From Symbiobacteriaceae bacterium (GTDB taxonomy: Bacteria > Bacillota > Sulfobacillia > Symbiobacteriales > Symbiobacteriaceae), in contig JAWLHU010000008.1 of assembly GCA_041690255.1 (NCBI GenBank), positions 255,271 to 319,270 of the forward strand: a stretch of DNA of 64,000 nt. The letters are read 5' to 3'. Of the stretch, positions 51,401-57,132 are shown in pieces. Position numbers and translations under genes: made by a program. The stretch's first letter is position 1. Each line of letters begins with the position of its first letter. Under the pieces are notes generated by a model. The model worked only from the letters and a program-made list of their open reading frames with translations. It was not told where the DNA came from and did not search any database.

Positions 51401-53304
51401 TCACCGGGGGAGTGGGGCGGGGTGTAGGTGATTGTCGCCTCGCCCTTTGCGTCGGTAGCGACCTGAACGTCGCGGTCGTTACCTATATTGTAGTTCAGCG
51501 TCATGCCAGGAACCGGGGTCCCTTCGAAGAAGGAGGCCTTCACGTCGAAGGTGACCGGCTCCCCGGTAAAGATCGCCTGCTTGTCACTGGTCACAGCCAA
51601 CTGGTAGGCCGGTTTGGCGTAGGTGGCCACCTCGAACCACTGGCTCAGCAGCATGTCGTTATCCATGCGGACGCGCAGCTCATAGTGGCCAGGCTTCAGG
51701 TTGGGGAGGTCGAGGCCGCCTATGAACGTTCCTTTCTGTACCGGAAGGGTGGCCTGCACCAGGGGGAGGACCTCGCCGCTCGCACCGTAGTAGTCGCTGC
51801 GCCGGACCTCGGCGACCACCTCCGACACGATCTCCGCGCCCGGTTCGCGCGGGTGGACCACGCCCCAGACCTGCACGGTGTCGTCGGGTTTGAAGAGGCT
51901 GCGGTCCAGGTAGAGGTACTTCCAGTAGAGGTCGCGCTTCGACTCCTGCTCCCTCCACTCCCAGTAGTAGGGCGGCGGGCTGTAGATGACCCCCTCCTTG
52001 CCGGCGGCCTCGGCCTTCAGCAGGAGGGCGGGCTGGGTTATGCGGTCGCGCAGATTCTCAGGCGTCGGCAGGACCGCGACCCCATCGGCACCCGTACGGA
52101 CGCTTTTTTGTGAGATGGGATCCGTCACGGTGGCCCCATCCACCGGTTTGCCGGTCGCCAGGTCGTGCAGCCAGACAAGGGTGCCGGTCGTCGTGGCGGT
52201 GACGTGGAAGGAGAGGTCGGTCACCTGGAAGTGTACCTGCCGGCCGACCTCGCCCACGCGGACGGAGGCCAGGTAGTAGCCGGGTGGCATGGGCTCCGGG
52301 AAGATCAGGAAAGTACCGTTGTCGAATGACTGGCCTTCGGTCGTGAAGGTGGAGACCGATTTTAAGCTCGTCACATCTTCCTGGTAGCGGCTGCGGGAGG
52401 CGTTTGCCCACCAGGGGGTCTTGTCGGCCGCCTGGACCGCGTCCATGTAGGCCTCCGCTGTTGGATAGCGGAAGACGGTGACGTTGACCGGCTTCGCGGA
52501 ATCCTTTCCGCCGTACCAGAAGCCGAAGATCGGCTGGCTGTCGGCGGGGAACTCGGCGGCCTCGGTCGGCATATAGAAGTTGCTCTGCTGGGTCTCCGGT
52601 ACCTGTGTCTCAAAGGCGAAGGTCACTTCCTCTGTGAGCTGCCCTTCGCCACCGCTGCGGCCCAGCCCCTGCTTCAGCGTGACAGTGTAGACGGTGCCAG
52701 GCTCCAGTTTCTCCGGTACGAAGGCGACGGTCTTCTTGTGGCGCTCAAAGCGCCCGGTGACCGGCGGGTCAATAGAGAAGTAGGGGGTCAGGTCTTCGTA
52801 GTCCTCATGGGTGAACGTGAACTCAATCCCGCTGTTCACAGGCACGCCCGTCCCCTGGTCCCGCGGGAGGGTTCCCAGGAGTCGGAACTCGGTCTGGGTC
52901 TGGAACGACCACTGATACGGCCGGCTGACCCCGACGGCCTGGGCCAGGCGGAAGCGATAGATCTTATCAGGTGTCAGGGATGCCGCCGGCTTTACGGTGA
53001 AGCGCGTTCCCTCGGTGTCGGCCTGGTCGATTGTGAGCGCGACCGCCGGCTCCACCTTCAGGTTTTGGCGTACCGCGGCCACGGAAAGCGGCTTCACGGT
53101 GGTCAGCGTGAGCCCGCCGGTCGTAGCCAGGCCGGCTGGGTTTGCCTCGTCGGCCACCAGAGTGACCTCCGCCGGCATCTTTTCTGTCACGGGCGGGGGC
53201 GGCGTTGACGCCTCGTCCACAGGGCGGAACTTGATCCAGGCCGCGGTCCCGATCAGGGCGACTGCGACCAGTGCAGCTACGGCGATCCGGGCTCTTCGCT
53301 GCAT
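48439..53304 (-). CDS. Alpha-2-macroglobulin-family protein, membrane-anchored, thioester-less
   Basis: About 1621 aa. Signal-anchor RRARIAVAALVAVALIGTAAW. Many MG/Ig-like beta-sandwich segments. A2M block RRDFKDAVFFSSVTTDATGKASASFHVPDNLTTWRLTYQAF. No Cys in the whole product. The start is more likely ATG 53304 (9 nt after GGAG) than 53313. Confidence 0.85.
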   Translation of the reverse strand: MQRRARIAVAALVAVALIGTAAWIKFRPVDEASTPPPPVTEKMPAEVTLVADEANPAGLATTGGLTLTTVKPLSVAAVRQNLKVEPAVALTIDQADTEGTRFTVKPAASLTPDKIYRFRLAQAVGVSRPYQWSFQTQTEFRLLGTLPRDQGTGVPVNSGIEFTFTHEDYEDLTPYFSIDPPVTGRFERHKKTVAFVPEKLEPGTVYTVTLKQGLGRSGGEGQLTEEVTFAFETQVPETQQSNFYMPTEAAEFPADSQPIFGFWYGGKDSAKPVNVTVFRYPTAEAYMDAVQAADKTPWWANASRSRYQEDVTSLKSVSTFTTEGQSFDNGTFLIFPEPMPPGYYLASVRVGEVGRQVHFQVTDLSFHVTATTTGTLVWLHDLATGKPVDGATVTDPISQKSVRTGADGVAVLPTPENLRDRITQPALLLKAEAAGKEGVIYSPPPYYWEWREQESKRDLYWKYLYLDRSLFKPDDTVQVWGVVHPREPGAEIVSEVVAEVRRSDYYGASGEVLPLVQATLPVQKGTFIGGLDLPNLKPGHYELRVRMDNDMLLSQWFEVATYAKPAYQLAVTSDKQAIFTGEPVTFDVKASFFEGTPVPGMTLNYNIGNDRDVQVATDAKGEATITYTPPHSPGEVNWYPESLWFNIHAGLAEIGEVTDERRVSLFTRDLLSSVKVAYAPESATVQVQLNQVTLDELNAGGSNYKGAAVPGRAVRFTLIEMHWNQISMGQYYDFIEKVTRTRYRYEEAHRTIGTFDATSDANGQASYTFPVDPAQQYRVEYRTLDSRGLPVSGSAYVSGREFQSPYDDREYAGWYHLEPLDPEQTEALIGEPMDLIMKTGETVVADRPNGFLFMNARRGLQGYTTQGTGTYRLVMGENDPPSMTVKAVYFDGARYHSTERYVRFDEEQRRLQVTVTPDKEAYRPGDEVRLQVEVTDRLGQPAPGTQVNLNLVDEALYALRSQSVSLLGSLYGEYITPGILRSRNSHEVPNPGGGAEKGGDGGGARRDFKDAVFFSSVTTDATGKASASFHVPDNLTTWRLTYQAFNPQSLEAGSGTTGIAVKLPFFADMVLGERFLTGDEPVLQVRAYGSALTGGEQVQFKVTVNGPGVSESSERLAVPFTPTSIPLPSLAAAGDYTVMVRANSGDLTDALEKRFTVVDTYQRHNQVDFTLLGDGTKVPGSDSTYTELTFLDWERGQYLNLLYRMRWQWGNRFEMKLARAIATDLLQQHFGRDPVYPEPELEAFRYQAPDGSIAILPYSSGDLKLSALTADLAPDRFDQVSLQLYFQQILDDEGAGRDRKILALYGLAGLDQPVLLTAQSLLAEPDLTPSEQLHLALVLAELGDLEGARPVYRSLLQAHGKQVGRELQLTAGTDTDEKLETTALAAALAGKLGEPEAPALISYLSQNQPTDSLILLEQLIAARTGLERLTGKPVAFTHNLGGQEVRESLEPGRQFAVRVSPEELEKLRITKVEGSVAVVSTYEVNGTPTLQQGGTKITRTYSPAPEEWKAGDIVSVTLSYSVPADAPKGAYEIHDYLPSGLRMLERSWQYGMQVNWNQYESWPIQIDGQRVSFWAGRSGKPIRYFARVVNMGEYQAEEPALQHQQSGLIYGLGQRAMVRTP

Positions 53305-53420
53305 ATTTCTCATCTCCAGGCGGAAGATTGATGCTCATCTGATTAGACGATTCGGTGTCAGGGATAGTTCTACGTCTCACAATGCGCAAAGAGCAAGGGG
53401 GGCCCTTGCTCTTCACCCGT

Positions 53421-53837
53421 CTACCGGCTGATGCTGACCGTATGGTGCGATGGGTCTACGGAGACCTTGTAGCCGGCGGCCTCGGCAAACTCCTTGATCG
53501 GGGCGTAGACCAGATCGTCGTGCAGATGGATTCCCTGGGCCTCAGGGCCGATCGCCAAAACCTGCTTGCCGTTTACCGAAACGCTCTTCTGGTCGGATGA
53601 GACCTCCGCCATCACCCCCAGCGTTTTCGCCAGGTCCTGAACCGGGGCGTAGTACCCGCCCGGTTCATGCATGTGGGGCGGCCTCACGTTGGCCGTCCAA
53701 GAGACTGCCGTCCCCTCCAGGCAGACCCCGACCCCATTTTCGATGGGGGCACAACCGGCGGTCTGTTTGCCGCCGCAACCCGAGAGTACCAGGACCGCGA
53801 TCAGCCCGATCAACCCGAGCAGATGACCCTTGCGCAT
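53421..53837 (-). CDS. Lipoprotein with copper-amine-oxidase-N-like (stalk) domain
   Basis: GGAGGGG SD, ATG 53837. Lipobox LVLSGC. YAPVQDLAKTLGVMAEV....KSVSVNGK ... LVYAPIKEFAEAAGYKVSVD. Confidence 0.7.
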   Translation of the reverse strand: MRKGHLLGLIGLIAVLVLSGCGGKQTAGCAPIENGVGVCLEGTAVSWTANVRPPHMHEPGGYYAPVQDLAKTLGVMAEVSSDQKSVSVNGKQVLAIGPEAQGIHLHDDLVYAPIKEFAEAAGYKVSVDPSHHTVSISR

Positions 53838-54015
53838 TTGACCGATCCCCTCCACGCCGATTCTGGGAGCATCCATTCCTATGCGCCGGAAGAAGGTGGG
53901 TTTACCGCGGTAGGGTATCTGTTTGGCGGAATGCAAGTCCAAATCATAGTGGACCCCTACCTGCATAGAGGCGATATGCCGCGGTCTCTCTGCGAAAAGT
54001 GATACAATAGGAGAA

Positions 54016-55020
54016 ATGGGGGTGATCGGCGTGGACCCGTGGTCTTCCGCCTTGATTGCAGCTCTGGACAAGGTGCGTCCAGCCGTCGTACACGTGTACG
54101 CGACCACGCCTAAGACCGGACAAGTCGCCCTGGGGACGGGCGTTGTGCTTGACCACTACCACATGATTACCAGTGCGCAGGTGGTCGCACAGGATGATGA
54201 AGTGACGATCAAGACGGCCGATGGCAAGCGCCGGCAGGCCGAGTGTGTGGGGATTGATCCGCTCTACTTCCTGGCGATCCTGAAGGTCGAGGACCGGCTG
54301 CCGGTGGACCCGCCGGTCTTCGCGCACGATGGCACGACGCCGGTGGGGCTCTTCGTCTTCTCGGTCGGCTATGCCATGGGCTACGAGCACACCGCCGCCA
54401 GCGGGATCATTTCCAGCAGCGAGCGGACGATCTACCGGCCCCGGGCCCGCGGGCGGGGGAACCTCCCGGTCGATGGGCTCCTGATTACGAATGCGGCGAT
54501 TCATCCGGGCAATGCCGGCGGTCCCCTGGTCGACCTGGAGGGACGGGTTGTGGGCATTAACGGCCTGCCCTGGCAGGGTGGTATGTACCTGGCGCTTCAG
54601 GCCTCTGTGGCGGCCCGGGTGGCCAGCCAGATCATTGACTATGGCTACGCCATTCATCCGTGGCTGGGCTTCTCTGGCGAGGTGGATGTGATCGATTCGA
54701 TCTGGGTCGACATGCTCAACCTGCCGACCGACCGGGGCCTGGTCGTGCAGTACGTTCAGCCGCAGGGCCCCGGTCAGCGGGCCGGGCTCCAGGAGATGGA
54801 CATGGTCATGGCGGTCGATGGCCGTCAGCCCGTAACCAACGGCGGCATGATCCGGAAGCTGCTCGCCTCGCACAAGTACGGTGACCGGGTCTCCCTCACC
54901 GTGCTGCGGCAGGGCGAGCTAATGGAGATGCTCCTGCCAGTCGAGGAGATTCCCGGGTTGCAGGATCTCGCCCAGCCCGGCGATGAGGAGTCACTGCACG
55001 AGGAAGAGGACGATGATTAG
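54016..55020 (+). CDS. HtrA/DegP-like S1C fold + PDZ protein lacking the catalytic triad (pseudoprotease), no signal peptide
   Basis: GTGVVLDHYHMITSAQVV (His to Gln), DPLYFLAILKV (Asp to Phe), TNAAIHPGNAGGPLVDLEGRVVGING (Ser to Ala). PDZ segment GLVVQYVQPQGPGQRAGLQEMDMVMAVDG. Confidence 0.8.
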   Translation: MGVIGVDPWSSALIAALDKVRPAVVHVYATTPKTGQVALGTGVVLDHYHMITSAQVVAQDDEVTIKTADGKRRQAECVGIDPLYFLAILKVEDRLPVDPPVFAHDGTTPVGLFVFSVGYAMGYEHTAASGIISSSERTIYRPRARGRGNLPVDGLLITNAAIHPGNAGGPLVDLEGRVVGINGLPWQGGMYLALQASVAARVASQIIDYGYAIHPWLGFSGEVDVIDSIWVDMLNLPTDRGLVVQYVQPQGPGQRAGLQEMDMVMAVDGRQPVTNGGMIRKLLASHKYGDRVSLTVLRQGELMEMLLPVEEIPGLQDLAQPGDEESLHEEEDDD

Positions 55021-55027
55021 TGAAGCG

Positions 55028-55057
55028 AGGACCGCCCTGCGTGGGCGGTCCTTTCTC
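55028..55057 (+). terminator. Intrinsic terminator
   Basis: AGGACCGCC, loop CTGCGTG, GGCGGTCCT, then TTCTC. Confidence 0.6.
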
Positions 55058-55280
55058 AATGGCGGCCCGTGCCGGGCAATGTCCGGGGCATGAGGGCCAA
55101 TGTCTGAGCAATGAGGGCCAATGTCTGGGCAATGGGGGGCAATGTCTGGGCAATGAGGGCCAATGTCTGGGCAATGGGGGGCAATGACTGGGCAATGGGG
55201 GGCAATGTCTGGGCAATGGGGGGCAATGTCTGGGCAATGAGGGGCAATGTCTGGGCAATGAGGGGCAATGTCTGGGCAAT
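55055..55280. repeat. Highly regular tandem array: ~20 GGGCAATG-type half-units at alternating 10/11-bp spacing (21-bp period, ~10 periods)
   Basis: 19 CAATG cores read between 55057 and 55270, plus one GCATG variant and a truncated last unit GGGCAAT abutting 55281. Unit example: GGGCAATGTCTGGGCAATGAG. Confidence 0.9.
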
Positions 55281-56330
55281 CCCCTCTGTGTCAACACAGG
55301 GGAGACACCAGGTCTCCTAAATTAACTGAATTGATCGTACCATAAGGGCGGAGAAAGGGAGTTCATTATGCAGGGTGGTGACGGGTTGGCGATTGACGGA
55401 TTCCGTCACTTTTTCCCAGGGCGAGCGTAGGTCAAGTGGGAATTCGTAGCGGAACGACGCATTTGTCGGGCCTGTTCACCCCGTACCTCGCTCTTGTGAG
55501 GCCTCAGAGGGCGCATATTGGCCCGGGTCAGGCCGAAAAAGGGTGGTTCCCTCACCTCCAGGCCCCTTTTTTTGCGGATTCCGCTACATTTTCCCACACG
55601 GGCGAGAGACTCATCGGGAATTTCTGGTGGAATCCCTCTGTGGCAACATAGGTGAGACCATGGTGTCCTGGATTACCTGTAGAAAGAGGGGGGAGAAAGG
55701 GAGTTCATCATGCAGGATGGTAGCGGGTTGGCGGGCATGGGGGTGGTGCGGCCTCTCCGAGCGGAGCAGGCGAAGGTTCCCAACCCAGAGAGGCCGATCA
55801 GCTGAGTCGTGGGGAGTTGGGGGCCCTGCTTCGCCGCGAAGGGCTCTACTCATCCCAGGTCTCCGAGTGGCGAAAGCAGCGAGAGCACGCCTTGAAGAAG
55901 TGGATGGAGCCGCAGAAGCCTGGCTCAAGGCCGGAGGCCCCCAATCCCCTCGCCAATAAGGTGGCCGAGTTAGCGCGCGAAAACGAGGCGCTGAAGCGAC
56001 GCCTGTAGCAGGCTGAGACAGTTGCCGCTGTCTATCGGATTTTGCACGCCGCCAACGAGGTGAGGGAGCGGCGAAACCGCGGGCGGAGGGAACCGGTGAA
56101 GTGGCAGCGGATACACTCCGCAAGTAAGGTATCCAGCCGGGGCAACTCGTGATCCACCCTGACCGGGGTGCAGCAATGACTACGAAGCCAGTCGCTCAGC
56201 TGCTGGCTGATATGGGTATGACCAGAACCACAGCCGGCCTCATACCAGCAACCAAGAGCATTACCTTAGTGGGATCGCACTTCTCACGCCCGCAACTGTA
56301 CACCTTGGCCAAGTTGACTCGTTCCCATGA
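55281..56330 (+). mobile_element. Decayed IS3-family insertion sequence remnant (duplicated left end, OrfA fragment, heavily deleted OrfB)
   Basis: OrfA-like ALLRREGLYSSQVSEWRKQRE...ELARENEALKRRL (55817-56008). OrfB fragments VYRILHAANEVRERR and IHPDRGAAMTTKPVAQLLADMGMTR (56149-56340). Left-end copies at 55282-55391 and 55634-55733. Confidence 0.7.
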
Positions 56331-56365
56331 GCGGCAATGACCGGGCAAGGGCCAATGTCCTGGGG
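56331..56365. repeat. Short (about 1.5 period) remnant of the GGGCAATG array on the far side of the IS remnant
   Basis: GCGGCAATGACCGGGCAAGGGCCAATGTCCTGGGG. Confidence 0.55.
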
Positions 56366-56427
56366 CCGACGCTAGTATCGCCTCCCGAACCATCCGAAAT
56401 GGAAATACATTTATCGGAACCCATCTA

Positions 56428-56456
56428 TTGTAATCAAAGGAACGATAGTATATAAT
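56428..56456 (+). promoter_or_regulatory. Near-consensus sigma-A promoter TTGTAA-17-TATAAT
   Basis: TTGTAA at 56428-33, TATAAT at 56451-56, in a locally AT-rich stretch 42 nt upstream of ATG 56498. Confidence 0.5.
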
Positions 56457-56497
56457 TCAATCTAGACCACCAATTCATCGGAAAGGGTTGAGCGCTC

Positions 56498-57076
56498 ATG
56501 TCGGTTCCGGAGTCCAAGGGCCCCGAGGGGCTGAAGAGCCCCGTCCCCCAGGAGAACACAGCCGCTGCCGGGGAGGCGGTGGTTACACCTGCCGTTGAGA
56601 CCTTCCTTGACCTCAGCCAGGCCGATCCCTGGTCCAGGAGCGTGAGCGATCCCCAGATCAGCATTCGCTTCGGCGGTAACGTGGGGACCGGAACGGTCCG
56701 GGCCGCGCGTGAGGTGAGCGGAGCAGCCACCGACGCGAACCTCGCTGCCCCGCAGCCGGCCTCCCTGATCATCCACCTGGACCCGGCGAACCCACGGGTG
56801 CTGCACGGGATTCCGACCATGAAGACATCGCCCTCCTTCCTGGGCCTGACCTGGCAGGAGGACGGCAGCTTCCGGGCGAACTTCGGAGCGATCCTGAAGC
56901 TGAGGGAGATCGTGATCCCGCCAGGACACCGCATGGTGATCAACGTGGAGAAGGCCTACCACCCCGACCACAAGCATTGCGTCAAGCTGAGCTGGAGCGA
57001 GCAGTGCTTCCTCGCCATTCAGGAACGTGACGACTCGGAAGATCAAGAGCCCGAGGATCAGGAGCCCGCCAAGTAA
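56498..57076 (+). CDS. Hypothetical protein (192 aa) with acidic tail
   Basis: GGAAAGGG SD, host-like GC3. Ends ...ERDDSEDQEPEDQEPAK. No family recognised. Confidence 0.5.
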   Translation: MSVPESKGPEGLKSPVPQENTAAAGEAVVTPAVETFLDLSQADPWSRSVSDPQISIRFGGNVGTGTVRAAREVSGAATDANLAAPQPASLIIHLDPANPRVLHGIPTMKTSPSFLGLTWQEDGSFRANFGAILKLREIVIPPGHRMVINVEKAYHPDHKHCVKLSWSEQCFLAIQERDDSEDQEPEDQEPAK

Positions 57077-57078
57077 GG

Positions 57079-57123
57079 AAAAGACCCGGACAGGCCACAC
57101 ACGGCCCGTCCGGGGTCTTTTGG
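57079..57123. terminator. Bidirectional intrinsic terminator
   Basis: AAAGACCCGGACAGGCC, loop, GGCCCGTCCGGGGTCTTTT. Confidence 0.7.
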
Positions 57124-57132
57124 ATTATACGC

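Noticed and set aside
47444-52113. Plus-strand ORFs 47444-48478, 48409-49092, 49228-50940 and 51058-52113
   Set aside because: They are antisense to the MEMO-like and A2M genes. Their composition is Arg/Gly/Val/Leu-rich, with no starts supported by an SD.
53944-54873. 309-aa minus-strand ORF
   Set aside because: It is antisense to the HtrA-like/PDZ gene.
55055-55280. CRISPR array interpretation of the tandem repeats (also of 23469-23682)
   Set aside because: The units are 10-11/21 bp with no unique spacers of 25-40 bp. There is no leader and no cas genes in the window.
54896-55320. ORFs encoding LPRHCPS / GNVWAMG heptad repeats across the tandem array
   Set aside because: The open frames are a by-product of a 21-bp repeat that lacks stops in several frames on both strands. 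There is no SD, and the array sits after a terminator and abuts an IS end.
55281-57123. Prophage or integrative-element boundary
   Set aside because: There is no integrase, no tRNA and no phage genes. Only a decayed IS is present, and the flanking genes have native-looking composition.
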